A stretch of 64,000 nucleotides of DNA, from positions 9,186 through 73,185 of the forward strand of contig CAOVHW010000001.1 in the NCBI GenBank assembly GCA_948543815.1, given 5' to 3'. The stretch is from an uncultured Eubacteriales bacterium (lineage in GTDB: Bacteria; Bacillota; Clostridia; Lachnospirales; CAMVHY01). This document shows, piece after piece, positions 35,321 to 45,499 of this stretch. How positions within the stretch are numbered: position 1 is the stretch's first letter; each line of letters begins with the position of its first letter. Under the pieces are notes generated by a model. The model did not search any database and had not been told where the DNA came from. It worked only from the letters and a program-made list of their open reading frames with translations. The translations under genes and the position numbers were made by a program.

Positions 35321-37780
35321 TTATTCCTCCAAATTGGTTTGCTCCAAATTTATTTGTTCTTCAGAAATTTTTGCGGTGCTGATAACGCAAGAATCTTTGT
35401 CAAGATTAATTAACTTGACACCGGTTGCGTATCTGCTTTGCGTTGATATATCGCTGACACGGATTCGGATTATCACGCCTTCTGAATTTATAAGCATAAC
35501 TTCGTCAGAATCTTTGACAAATTCGAGCGCAATAACTTCGCCTTTATTTTCACGAATTTTGTAATAAATTCGGCCTTTGCCGCCACGTTTTTGAACCACA
35601 AAATTTTCATACTCAACACATTTACCAAAACCGTTTTTGGATACGAACAACGTTTTCAAATTCTCCGCAATTAATCCAGCACCAACAACTTTATCATTTT
35701 GTGATAATTTTATCGCGCGTACACCCATAGCTGTTCGGCCCGTTGGACGTATATCATTTTCGTCAAAAGTTATGCCAAAACCTTTTTGCGTTGCAACAAA
35801 AACTTTTTGATTGCCAACGGATTTCAAGACGCAAATTAATTCGTCATTGTCGCGGATACTTATCGCCTGCAAGCCGTTACGATTTATATTTTTAAATTGA
35901 GCAATGCTAGTTTTTTTTACCAAACCATTTTTCGTTACCATTATCAAATAATCATCGGCGGACGATTCGTTGATAGGTACAACGGTAGAAATTTTTTCAT
36001 TTTCATTTAGTTTCAACAAATTCACGATTGCTAAACCTTTTGCCATGCGTCCAGCTTCCGGAATTTCGTACGCCTTATTTTTATAAACACGTCCAAGATT
36101 TGTGAAATACAAAATCAAACTGTGTGTATTAGTCACAAAAATATCTTTGACCAAATCTTCTTCGCGCATTTGCATACCGATAACACCGCGTCCACCACGA
36201 TTTTGTCGCTTATACGTATCAAGCGGCAATCGTTTTATATAATCAAATTTTGTTAGCGTAATAACGCTTGGCTCATCGGCAATTAAATCCTCAATGACAA
36301 TTTCATTTTCCATCGGTAAAATTTTTGTACGGCGCGCATCACCATATTTATTTTTAATAGCGGCAAGTTCATCTTTCAAAACGCTGTAAAGTTTATTTTC
36401 ATCTTCCAAAATATTTTTCAATTCAGCAACAAGTTCATTAATTTGAGCGTATTCATCTTCCAACTTTTTACGCTCCATTCCCGTTAAACTTCTGAAGCGC
36501 ATTTCAACTATTGCCGTAGCCTGTTCCATTGACAAATTAAATTTTTCCATTAATGAATCTTTAGCTGCGGCCGTATCTTTTGAACTACGAATTGTATTCA
36601 AAACTTCATCGATATGGTCTAGTGCAATTAAATATCCTTCTAAAATATGTTGACGGCGAAGCGCTTTATTTAAATCAAATTTCGTACGGCGTGTCAAAAC
36701 ATTTTTCTGATGTTCAATATAATAATTCAAAATTTCTTTTAGATTTAAAACTTTTGGCTCATTGTCAACAAGTACTAACATTATTATTCCAAAAGTTTCT
36801 TGGAGTTGTGAGAACTTATAGAGTTGATTCAAAACGATATTTGCATTTGCATCACGCTTTACTTCGATAACTATACGGATTCCATTACGGTCGGTCTCAT
36901 CACGTATATCTGAAATTCCATCAATCTTTTTATCTTTAATGAGCTCAGCAATTTTTTCAATCATTCGTGACTTATTAACTTGATACGGCAATTCAGTTAC
37001 AATAATTGATTCACGACCATTTTTTGCTGTTTCAATCTCAGCGCTCGCACGCATTATAATTTTTCCGCGGCCAGTCTTATACGCTTGCCTTATACCATTT
37101 ATTCCTAAAATTGATGCACCAGTTGGAAAATCAGGGCCTTTTATAATTGTCAATAAATCGTCTAGCTCAACCTCTACGTTTTGCATTCGGCAATCTATCA
37201 TCTTAAAGATTGCATCAATTAATTCGGAAATATTATGTGGCGGAATATTTGTTGCCATTCCAACTGCAATTCCTGATGAACCATTTGCGAGTAAATTTGG
37301 GAATTTTGACGGTAAAACTGATGGTTCTGAAAACTCACCATCATAATTTGGAATAAAGTCAACAGTATCTTTATCGATATCAGTTAGCATTGCAGTTGAT
37401 ATGTAACTTAAACGAGCTTCAGTATAACGTGGAGCGGCCGCTCCATCACCATCAATTGAACCAAAATTTCCATGGCCATCAACTAACATATAACGCATAG
37501 AGAAATCTTGAGCCATTCGAACCATAGCTTCATAGATAGATGAATCACCATGAGGATGATACTTACCCATTGTATCGCCAACGATACGAGCGGATTTTTT
37601 ATAAGCTTTATTTGGTTCGAGATTTAATTCATTCATAGCGTAAAGGATACGACGATGGACAGGTTTAAGGCCATCACGTACATCAGGTAATGCACGAGCG
37701 GCAATAACACTCATAGCATAATCGATATAAGATTTTTTAATTTCATCTTTAATTTCAACTTGAATTATTTTATTTTCCAT
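35321..37780 (-). CDS. gyrA: DNA gyrase subunit A
   Basis: 819 aa. It has the N-terminal [28 protein letters not shown] motif, the catalytic Tyr region [11 protein letters not shown], and C-terminal beta-pinwheel repeats. Confidence 0.97.
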   Translation of the reverse strand: MENKIIQVEIKDEIKKSYIDYAMSVIAARALPDVRDGLKPVHRRILYAMNELNLEPNKAYKKSARIVGDTMGKYHPHGDSSIYEAMVRMAQDFSMRYMLVDGHGNFGSIDGDGAAAPRYTEARLSYISTAMLTDIDKDTVDFIPNYDGEFSEPSVLPSKFPNLLANGSSGIAVGMATNIPPHNISELIDAIFKMIDCRMQNVEVELDDLLTIIKGPDFPTGASILGINGIRQAYKTGRGKIIMRASAEIETAKNGRESIIVTELPYQVNKSRMIEKIAELIKDKKIDGISDIRDETDRNGIRIVIEVKRDANANIVLNQLYKFSQLQETFGIIMLVLVDNEPKVLNLKEILNYYIEHQKNVLTRRTKFDLNKALRRQHILEGYLIALDHIDEVLNTIRSSKDTAAAKDSLMEKFNLSMEQATAIVEMRFRSLTGMERKKLEDEYAQINELVAELKNILEDENKLYSVLKDELAAIKNKYGDARRTKILPMENEIVIEDLIADEPSVITLTKFDYIKRLPLDTYKRQNRGGRGVIGMQMREEDLVKDIFVTNTHSLILYFTNLGRVYKNKAYEIPEAGRMAKGLAIVNLLKLNENEKISTVVPINESSADDYLIMVTKNGLVKKTSIAQFKNINRNGLQAISIRDNDELICVLKSVGNQKVFVATQKGFGITFDENDIRPTGRTAMGVRAIKLSQNDKVVGAGLIAENLKTLFVSKNGFGKCVEYENFVVQKRGGKGRIYYKIRENKGEVIALEFVKDSDEVMLINSEGVIIRIRVSDISTQSRYATGVKLINLDKDSCVISTAKISEEQINLEQTNLEE

Positions 37781-37874
37781 AGTTACCTCAGATTTTTTTT
37801 ACATATATTTGCAAGTGATTGTACAATAATTAAAAATGAAAAGCAAACAAAAAAAATAAAAGGTCATCAACCTT

Positions 37875-38021
37875 TTATTTACACTCACAAATAAAAAAAA
37901 GTAATAAGAGGAAAAGGAATTTATCAAAATTATTATTACTAGAAGAATGGCATGAATTTTTTTCAATCGGTTCAGAGTAACGAGTAAAACCTTCCGGAAT
38001 ATCGTCAGTATTATTATTCAT
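37875..38021 (-). CDS. Possible small protein (48 aa) with a hydrophobic C-terminus
   Basis: MNNNTDDIPEGFTRYSEPIEKNSCHSSSNNNFDKFLFLLLLFFICECK has a GAGGTGG RBS 6 nt upstream. It is below the ORF-track cutoff. Confidence 0.3.
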   Translation of the reverse strand: MNNNTDDIPEGFTRYSEPIEKNSCHSSSNNNFDKFLFLLLLFFICECK

Positions 38022-38069
38022 AATAACCACCTCTAAAATTATCATATTAAAGTGATAAAAAATTTATTC

Positions 38070-38201
38070 TTAAAAATTACGTTCAGTAAAATACGGGCAA
38101 TCATTTTCATAGGAAAAGGAATCAATCGGCATAGTTAATTCATTAAAAGTACATTTACCATCTAACTGATAGATGCAATTACTCGTACAATTAATATTCA
38201 T
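38070..38201 (-). CDS. Possible small Cys-rich protein (43 aa), DUF1540-like pattern
   Basis: MNINCTSNCIYQLDGKCTFNELTM... has a GAGGTG RBS. The C-x3-C-x-Y-x4-G-x-C spacing resembles the small sporulation-associated DUF1540 proteins. Confidence 0.4.
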   Translation of the reverse strand: MNINCTSNCIYQLDGKCTFNELTMPIDSFSYENDCPYFTERNF

Positions 38202-38307
38202 AGAAAAATCACCTCAATATAATTATGCCCGACAAGATTTAGAATAATTCGAGATAAAAATAATAAATGTGGTAGAATAGGAGAAAAAAATCAAAGAGGT
38301 TATAAAG

Positions 38308-39969
38308 ATGAAAATAAAACTGAAATGGTTACTATTTTTTTTATTAATAATAATTGGCGCGATAGTGATGAAAAAAAATTTATCTAGCTTTCGCCGCCAA
38401 AATTTTTATGAGCATTTTAATTTATCACGTAAAAATATTTACGTAGCAATTGAAGATAAATATGATTTAGAAAATCCGGTAGCGATAAAAAATAATCAAA
38501 TATATTTTCCAGTTGAACTCATCCAGAATTATATTGATAAATATATTTTTTGGGATAGCACGCAAAATCAATTAACAATAACGAATTGGGATGAAGTTAT
38601 AAAAATTCGCCCAGATAATTTGACTTATTATACGAATAACGAACCAGTGATAATGGATACGGAAATTTATAAAGAGAATGGGAGAGTTTATATCCCACAA
38701 GATTTTTTGTCAGAAAATTATAACCTTGATATAAATTACAATGAGAAAAATAAAATTGTAACAGTTGACTTCAAAAATAAAACATACTCACAAGCAAAAG
38801 TAAAACATAAAACAAGCTTGCGATATATTCCAAATAAAAAAGGTTATATTGCGGGAAAAGTTTCAAAACGTGAAAAATTTTATGTATACGAAGAAAAAGA
38901 TGGCTTTACACGAATCCGTAGCAACGGATTAATCGGCTATATCCCAACAAAAAAAATAATTGACACGCAACAAATTGCAGCAGAAAAAATTAATTTGCCA
39001 CCACAAAAAAAATTTGATGGAAAAATAAAAATGGCATGGGAATTAACAACAAATACAACGGCAAATTATTATGCGCTACAAAAAAAATTTCCCGATACAT
39101 TAAATGTTATCTCGCCAACATGGTTTACATTTGATACGGAAAAATTAAACGGCGATATAATTGATATCGTCGACAAAAATTATATTGAGAAAGCGCGACA
39201 AAATAATTGTCAAATTTGGCCGTCATTAACTGACAATCTTGACTACAAATTAACTGACGCAATTTTTTCTGACACGATAAAACGCAGCCACGTCATAAAT
39301 CAATTGCTTGATTATGTTGCGGAATATAATTTTGAAGGAATAAATATAGATATCGAAGCGATTTCAAAAGATACCGCAAAATATTTTTTACAATTCTTAC
39401 GTGAACTGGCGCCACTCATACGAAAACAGAATGCAATTTTATCCGTTAATATTTTTGTGCCACAAGCTTGGTCAATATATCACGACAGAAAAATGATTGG
39501 ACAAACTGCTGATTATGTTTGCCTGATGGCGTACGACGAACATACAAATGGTTCAAATAAAAGCGGTCCGGTTGCATCGTATGAATTTGTTTTGAATGGA
39601 ATAAAAGATACGCTCAAAGAAGTTTCGAAAGAAAAAATTTTGCTTGGTATTCCATTTTACGTTCGTATTTGGCGTGAAACTGACAGCTCACTTACACTTG
39701 AAAATTATTCGATGGACGATGGATTTAGATTTTTTGATAAACGAAATGTAAAATTTGAATGGCTTGATTTTGAAAAATGCTATTACTGTGAATTTTCTAA
39801 ATCGGAAAATCATGAAACTGTTACCTATAAAACTTGGCTTGAAGATGAAAAATCTATTGAGGAAAAATTAAAGCTGGCAAAAAAATTTGACTTGGCAGGA
39901 ATTTGTGCGTGGCGCAAAAATCTTGAAACCAATAACATCTGGAATTTAATTGATGAATATATAAGATAA
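38308..39969 (+). CDS. Glycoside hydrolase family 18, YaaH/YdhD-like spore peptidoglycan hydrolase
   Basis: It has an N-terminal TM/signal segment, a copper-amine-oxidase-N-like domain, an SH3-like segment, and a GH18 catalytic region with FEGINIDIEA (DxxDxDxE-type motif). Confidence 0.8.
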   Translation: MKIKLKWLLFFLLIIIGAIVMKKNLSSFRRQNFYEHFNLSRKNIYVAIEDKYDLENPVAIKNNQIYFPVELIQNYIDKYIFWDSTQNQLTITNWDEVIKIRPDNLTYYTNNEPVIMDTEIYKENGRVYIPQDFLSENYNLDINYNEKNKIVTVDFKNKTYSQAKVKHKTSLRYIPNKKGYIAGKVSKREKFYVYEEKDGFTRIRSNGLIGYIPTKKIIDTQQIAAEKINLPPQKKFDGKIKMAWELTTNTTANYYALQKKFPDTLNVISPTWFTFDTEKLNGDIIDIVDKNYIEKARQNNCQIWPSLTDNLDYKLTDAIFSDTIKRSHVINQLLDYVAEYNFEGINIDIEAISKDTAKYFLQFLRELAPLIRKQNAILSVNIFVPQAWSIYHDRKMIGQTADYVCLMAYDEHTNGSNKSGPVASYEFVLNGIKDTLKEVSKEKILLGIPFYVRIWRETDSSLTLENYSMDDGFRFFDKRNVKFEWLDFEKCYYCEFSKSENHETVTYKTWLEDEKSIEEKLKLAKKFDLAGICAWRKNLETNNIWNLIDEYIR

Positions 39970-40100
39970 AACCTTACTTTTCTTGAAAGAAAAGTAAGCA
40001 AAAGAACTTTAACAAAAAATCTTTGTGCAAACGCACAAAGATTTTTTATAAAGTTTCTTTTTGTTTTACTTTTTCTTTTCAAAGAAAAAGTAAAGGTTTT
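39970..40100. repeat. Mosaic palindromic repeat locus R2 (modules B, A, B; the whole element is one nested palindrome)
   Basis: aaaccttacttttcttgaaagaaaagtaagc ... atctttgtgcaaacgcacaaagat ... ttactttttcttttcaaagaaaaagtaaaggtttt. Confidence 0.9.
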
Positions 40101-40103
40101 AGT

Positions 40104-40370
40104 TTAAATTCTAAAGCTATTTAGTAGAGACAAATATTTTTCTTTGGTAGCTAGACCACCTCTTATATGGCGTTCAGCTTTATTTACATCCAAAATTCTT
40201 TTTGCCTCTAGGGCAAGTTTAGGATTTATTTTCTTTAGGCGCTCAGTTACATCTTTATGTACAGTTGATTTACTTATACCAAATTTTTTAGCGGTTTGCC
40301 GAACAGTTGCATTACTTTTAATTATAAAGTTAGCGATTTGAACGGCTCTCTCTTCTATGTATGTTTTCAT
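40104..40370 (-). CDS. spoIIID: Stage III sporulation protein D (mother-cell transcription regulator)
   Basis: The sequence MKTYIEERAVQIANFIIKSNATVRQTAKKFGISKSTVHKDVTERL is a near-canonical SpoIIID HTH. An AGGAGG RBS precedes the ATG at 40370. Confidence 0.93.
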   Translation of the reverse strand: MKTYIEERAVQIANFIIKSNATVRQTAKKFGISKSTVHKDVTERLKKINPKLALEAKRILDVNKAERHIRGGLATKEKYLSLLNSFRI

Positions 40371-40490
40371 TGACACGCCTCCTTTATTATGTAGTGACAA
40401 TTAAATTTATGCCAGATACATAATTTTTATGAGGCTTATATCTATAATTTTTGTATAATATCATAAAAATTTATAAGTATGAGGAACGAT

Positions 40491-41555
40491 ATGAAAAAAA
40501 TTATGGTAGCAATGAGTGGCGGCGTTGATAGTTCTGTAGCCGCATTAATTTTAAAAAATAATGGCGATGAAATTTGTGGCGCTACAATGAAATTATTTAG
40601 CAATGAAAATATTGGCGAGCATTCAAAAACTTGTTGTGCACTAAATGATGTATTCGACGCAAAAAATATTGCGGCGCGCTTGAATTTTAATCACTACGTA
40701 TTTAATTTTGGCGACGATTTTTTTCACTACGTCATCAAAAAATTTGCCAACGAATATATTAATGGCCGCACGCCAAATCCTTGTCTCGACTGTAATCGTT
40801 TTATAAAGTTCAAGAAATTTTTACAGCGCGCAAATCTTTTAGGCTACGATTATATTGCGACGGGACATTACGCGCAAATTTTTTACGATGAAAATTCAAA
40901 TCGATATGTATTAAAAAAATCGATGGACACTACGAAAGACCAAACTTATTTTTTATACGCAATGACACAAGATGAATTGGCAAAAACAATTTTCCCACTA
41001 GGAAATTTGTTGAAATCAGAAGTACGTGAAATTGCCGCAAAAAATAATTTGATAAATGCGCAAAAGCCCGACAGTCAAGATATTTGTTTCGTTAAAAATA
41101 AAAATTACAGTCAATTCTTACGTGAAAATTTTCAATTTGAAAACAAATCAGGAAATTTTGTTGACAAGCATGGAAAAATTCTTGGACGTCACAACGGCAG
41201 TATAAATTATACAATCGGCCAGCGCAAAGGTTTAGGAATAAGTTTCGGCAAACATATGTATGTTATTGCAAAAACTTGCGACACAATTGTCTTGGGCGAT
41301 GAAAACGATTTATACCAAAAAAAATTAATTGCGCACGATATAAATTTGATTGCGATTGAAAAATTAATCAAACCAATGAAAATCACTGCAAAAATTCGTT
41401 ATAATCAACCTGAAACGCCTGCAACTATCAAACCGCTAAATGAAAATGAAATCGAAGTTGAATTTGAAAATCCACAGCGCGCCATAACTCCCGGACAAGC
41501 CGTTGTATTTTACGACGGTGATAATGTTCTCGGAGGCGGAATAATTAAAGAATGA
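40491..41555 (+). CDS. mnmA: tRNA-specific 2-thiouridylase MnmA
   Basis: It has the MKKIMVAMSGGVDSSV PP-loop, the catalytic Cys motifs (NPCLDCN, DSQDICF), and is ~355 aa long. Confidence 0.93.
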   Translation: MKKIMVAMSGGVDSSVAALILKNNGDEICGATMKLFSNENIGEHSKTCCALNDVFDAKNIAARLNFNHYVFNFGDDFFHYVIKKFANEYINGRTPNPCLDCNRFIKFKKFLQRANLLGYDYIATGHYAQIFYDENSNRYVLKKSMDTTKDQTYFLYAMTQDELAKTIFPLGNLLKSEVREIAAKNNLINAQKPDSQDICFVKNKNYSQFLRENFQFENKSGNFVDKHGKILGRHNGSINYTIGQRKGLGISFGKHMYVIAKTCDTIVLGDENDLYQKKLIAHDINLIAIEKLIKPMKITAKIRYNQPETPATIKPLNENEIEVEFENPQRAITPGQAVVFYDGDNVLGGGIIKE

Positions 41556-42592
41556 AAAAATTAATTGACAAACTCGAACGTCAAAAAATTTTAGCAGCCG
41601 ATGAATTTTTGATTTTGCTGCAAAAATTTTCTGACGCCGAAAATTCAAATTATCTTGCACAAAAAGCACGCGCTATTACGCAAAAACATTTTGACAATAA
41701 AATTTACATACGCGGCTTAATTGAGTTTACAAATTACTGCCGCAATGACTGTTTTTACTGCGGAATTCGTAAAAGTAATTTGAACGCACAACGATATCGA
41801 TTGTCGAATCAAGAAATTTTTACATGCTGTGAAAAAGGTTATGCGCTCGGCTTTCGCACGTTTGTTTTACAAGGCGGCGAAGACTTATATTTTACTGATG
41901 AAAAATTGGTTGAAATAATTTCACACATCAAAAAAAATTTCCGTGATTGCGCAATAACTTTGTCAATCGGGGAAAAAAGTTTTGACACATATAAAAAATA
42001 TTTTGATGCAGGCGCCGACCGATTTTTATTACGTCATGAAACTGCAAACGATTCACATTATAAAAAATTACATCCAAAAAATTTGTCATTAGCACACCGA
42101 AAAAAATGCCTGTACGATTTGAAAAAAATTGGCTATCAAGTTGGCTGTGGGTTCATGGTTGGCTCACCATTTCAAACTTTTGAAAATGTCGTGGAAGATT
42201 TACTTTTCATTCAAAAATTTTCACCGCATATGGTTGGTATCGGCCCATTCATCGCACATAAAGATACAAAATTTTCTGCAATGCCAAATGGAAATCTTGC
42301 GCTCACATTATTTTTAATTTCGATAATTCGATTGATGTTGCCCAACGCATTAATCCCGGCGACAACAGCTTTAGGCACGATAGATAATAATGGTCGTGAA
42401 AAAGGAATTTTACACGGTGCAAATGTTTTAATGCCAAATTTGTCGCCCATTTCCGTACGAAAAAAATATTCACTGTATGACAACAAAATTTGTACGGGCG
42501 AAGAAGCTGCTGAATGTATAAAATGTTTGGCATCGCGCGTAAATAAAATTGGATATGAAATTGTTGTCGACCGCGGAGATTATAAACATTAA
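41552..42592 (+). CDS. hydE: [FeFe]-hydrogenase maturase HydE (radical SAM)
   Basis: 346 aa with the CRNDCFYCGIR radical-SAM cluster motif and biotin-synthase-like length. It lies directly upstream of hydG. Confidence 0.85.
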   Translation: MKKLIDKLERQKILAADEFLILLQKFSDAENSNYLAQKARAITQKHFDNKIYIRGLIEFTNYCRNDCFYCGIRKSNLNAQRYRLSNQEIFTCCEKGYALGFRTFVLQGGEDLYFTDEKLVEIISHIKKNFRDCAITLSIGEKSFDTYKKYFDAGADRFLLRHETANDSHYKKLHPKNLSLAHRKKCLYDLKKIGYQVGCGFMVGSPFQTFENVVEDLLFIQKFSPHMVGIGPFIAHKDTKFSAMPNGNLALTLFLISIIRLMLPNALIPATTALGTIDNNGREKGILHGANVLMPNLSPISVRKKYSLYDNKICTGEEAAECIKCLASRVNKIGYEIVVDRGDYKH

Positions 42593-42608
42593 TGAAAGGA
42601 TGTTTTTT

Positions 42609-44015
42609 ATGTACAAAATTGACTCTGAAATCGCCGACGAATTTATTAATCATGATGAAATTATGTCAACAATTGATTACATGCAAAAAAATAAATCGAA
42701 CAAATCGCTTGCCCAAAATATTTTACATAAAGCTGAAAATTTCACCGGCTTAAATTATAAAGATGCGGCAATTCTTTTGGAATGTGATGATGCCGAAATT
42801 AATCAACAAATTTTTGATTTAGCCGGCCGCGTTAAAAAAAAATTTTACGGCAATCGAATCGTTATGTTCGCACCACTTTATATATCAAATTATTGCGTCA
42901 ACGGCTGCGTCTATTGCCCTTATCATTTCAAAAATAAAAACATGTCGCGCAAAAAACTCTCGCAAACTGAAATTAAAAATGAAGTTATCGCACTACAAGA
43001 TATGGGTCATAAACGTTTGGCACTTGAAACCGGTGAAGACCCTAAAAATTGCTCAATCGATTATGTTTTGGAAAGCATCAAAACTATTTATTCAATAAAG
43101 CATAAAAATGGTGCAATTCGCCGGATTAATGTCAACATCGCCGCAACAACAATTGAAAATTATAAAAAATTGCACAACGCCGGAATTGGAACTTACATTT
43201 TATTTCAAGAAACTTATAACAAAAAAAATTATGAGCTACTGCATCCATACGGGCCAAAACATAATTACAATTATCATACAGAAGCAATGGATCGCGCTAT
43301 GCTCGGCGGAATAGATGACGTCGGACTCGGCGTATTATTCGGTTTGAATTCATACCGCTATGATTTTATTGGATTGCTTATGCACGCCGCACATCTTGAA
43401 AAAAAATTTGGCGTCGGCCCACATACTATAAGTGTGCCACGAATTCGTCCGGCAAATGATATTGACACAAATGATTTTAATTGCGTACCGGATAAAATTT
43501 TTGAAAAAATCGTCGCCGTATTACGCATCGCAGTCCCATACACCGGTATGATTATTTCTACACGTGAATCTGCAGCCGCACGTGAAAAAGTTTTACAACT
43601 TGGCATTTCACAAATTAGCGCAGCATCTAGTACAAGTGTTGGCGGCTACACTGAAAAAAATAATGAATGCGCACAATTTGATTTAAACGATACACGAACG
43701 CTTGACGAAATTGTACGATGGCTTTTACAACTCGGCTACATTCCAAGTTTTTGTACAGCATGTTATCGTGAAAATCGAACCGGCGACAGATTTATGAATT
43801 TGCTTAAAGCGGGCCAAATTGCAAATTGTTGTCAACCCAACGCACTCATAACGTTGAAAGAATATTTAGAAGATTATGCGTCGCCGCAGACAAAATTAAT
43901 CGGCGAAAAAGTTATACACAACGAAATTCAAAACATACCGAACGAAAAAATCCGTCAGCTTGTTCAAAATTACATGACTGATTTAAATAACGGCGCGCGC
44001 GATTTCAGATTTTAG
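42609..44015 (+). CDS. hydG: [FeFe]-hydrogenase maturase HydG (radical SAM tyrosine lyase)
   Basis: It has the NYCVNGCVYCPY motif and the C-terminal Cys cluster (FCTACYRENRTGDRF...CC). The ATG at 42609 has an upstream AAAGGA; the track's start at 42549 overlaps hydE. Confidence 0.88.
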   Translation: MYKIDSEIADEFINHDEIMSTIDYMQKNKSNKSLAQNILHKAENFTGLNYKDAAILLECDDAEINQQIFDLAGRVKKKFYGNRIVMFAPLYISNYCVNGCVYCPYHFKNKNMSRKKLSQTEIKNEVIALQDMGHKRLALETGEDPKNCSIDYVLESIKTIYSIKHKNGAIRRINVNIAATTIENYKKLHNAGIGTYILFQETYNKKNYELLHPYGPKHNYNYHTEAMDRAMLGGIDDVGLGVLFGLNSYRYDFIGLLMHAAHLEKKFGVGPHTISVPRIRPANDIDTNDFNCVPDKIFEKIVAVLRIAVPYTGMIISTRESAAAREKVLQLGISQISAASSTSVGGYTEKNNECAQFDLNDTRTLDEIVRWLLQLGYIPSFCTACYRENRTGDRFMNLLKAGQIANCCQPNALITLKEYLEDYASPQTKLIGEKVIHNEIQNIPNEKIRQLVQNYMTDLNNGARDFRF

Positions 44016-44018
44016 AAA

Positions 44019-44128
44019 CAAACTACTAAAAAAGTAATCAAAAGAAATCGAACAAAAAATCACGCATAGCGTGATTTTTTTGTTAAAATTTTTTTGGTTC
44101 TTTTTTTATAAAAAAAGAACGGTTTTTA
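44019..44128. repeat. Mosaic palindromic repeat locus R3 (half-B, variant A, C) between hydG and hydF
   Basis: The variant A stem is aaaatcacgc-atag-cgtgatttt, with the same linkers. C: tttggttctttttttataaaaaaagaacggttttt. Confidence 0.8.
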
Positions 44129-44160
44129 AATTATTTAGCTATAAATTTTAGGAGGCAAAA

Positions 44161-45321
44161 ATGAGTCTTGATAAAACGCCAAACGCTAACCGTTTTCAAA
44201 TTGGAATATTCGGCAAGAGAAACACTGGCAAATCCTCATTGATTAATGCAATCACAAATAAAAATGTTTCACTCGTGTCAAATATTGCCGGCACAACAAC
44301 CGATCCCGTTCAAAAAGCAATGGAAATTCACGGCATCGGCCCATGTTTATTTATTGATACGGCCGGGTTTGATGACAAAGGCGATTTGGGCAAACTACGC
44401 AATCAAAAAACTTTTGACATCGCAAAAAAAATTGACGCCGCAATTATTTTGATAAATGATGAAAATTTTGATATGGAGTTAAATTTTTTTGATAAAAATG
44501 TTCCAACAATCTTTGCAATAAATAAATGTGATGAGTTAAAAAATATTGACACGCTAAAAAATAAAATACGTGAAAAAACAAATTTTGAACCGATTTGTAT
44601 CAGTACAAAAACAAAAAAAAATATCGATGCACTGATAAACGCATTGATAAAAATTAAACCGTATACCGAAAAAAATATTGTTAACGATTTGGTCGATAAA
44701 AATGATTTGGTAATGCTCGTCATGCCGCAAGATATTCAAGCTCCACAAGGTCGATTAATTTTACCGCAAGTTCAAACTATTCGAAGTTTACTTGACAAAA
44801 AATGTATAACAATTTGTACAACGACAGATAATTTTACGACAGCGTTGAAATTTTTAAAATCTGCGCCAAAATTAATTATTACTGACTCACAAGCGTTCAA
44901 ATTTGTTTACGAAAATAAACCGCCAAACTCACTCATATCATCATTTTCAATTTTGTTTGCAAAATATAAAGGTGATATTGAAGAATTTATTCGTGGCGCA
45001 CAAAAAATTGATCAACTCAATAAAAATTCTCAAGTTTTAATTGCGGAAGCTTGTACGCATGTTCCACTCGAAGAAGATATTGGGCGCGTAAAAATTCCAC
45101 AACTTTTGAAAAATAAATTTGGTTGTCAAATAGAATTTGCACATGATTTCCCGGATGATTTGTCACAATTTGATTTGATTATTCATTGTGGCGCGTGTAT
45201 GTTTAATCGAAAATATATGCTTGCAAGAATCGCGCAAGCAAAAAATCAAAATGTTCCTATTACAAATTACGGATTAGCAATTGCGAAATTGACAGGAATT
45301 TTAGACAAAGTTGTTTATTAA
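44161..45321 (+). CDS. hydF: [FeFe]-hydrogenase maturation GTPase HydF
   Basis: It has the P-loop GKRNTGKSSLINA, DTAG and NKCD motifs, and the C-terminal CxHxxxxxxxxxxxxx...HCGAC cluster-binding region. Confidence 0.88.
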   Translation: MSLDKTPNANRFQIGIFGKRNTGKSSLINAITNKNVSLVSNIAGTTTDPVQKAMEIHGIGPCLFIDTAGFDDKGDLGKLRNQKTFDIAKKIDAAIILINDENFDMELNFFDKNVPTIFAINKCDELKNIDTLKNKIREKTNFEPICISTKTKKNIDALINALIKIKPYTEKNIVNDLVDKNDLVMLVMPQDIQAPQGRLILPQVQTIRSLLDKKCITICTTTDNFTTALKFLKSAPKLIITDSQAFKFVYENKPPNSLISSFSILFAKYKGDIEEFIRGAQKIDQLNKNSQVLIAEACTHVPLEEDIGRVKIPQLLKNKFGCQIEFAHDFPDDLSQFDLIIHCGACMFNRKYMLARIAQAKNQNVPITNYGLAIAKLTGILDKVVY

Positions 45322-45340
45322 AAAATCCAGCAATAATAAA

Positions 45341-45378
45341 AATCTCTTGCGCTATTTTTAACGTAAGAGATTTTTTTT
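45341..45378 (+). terminator. Rho-independent terminator after hydF
   Basis: The 11-bp stem aatctcttgcg / cgtaagagatt (one G-U) is followed by a T8 run. Confidence 0.8.
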
Positions 45379-45499
45379 GATTGCCTAAAACGAAATGAAT
45401 ATATTCATCACTTGACTTCCCTATAAAAACATATGTTATAAGTAATAATATTGGTATTTTTACCATAAAATTTAATTATTATTGGGAGGGTTTTAAAGT

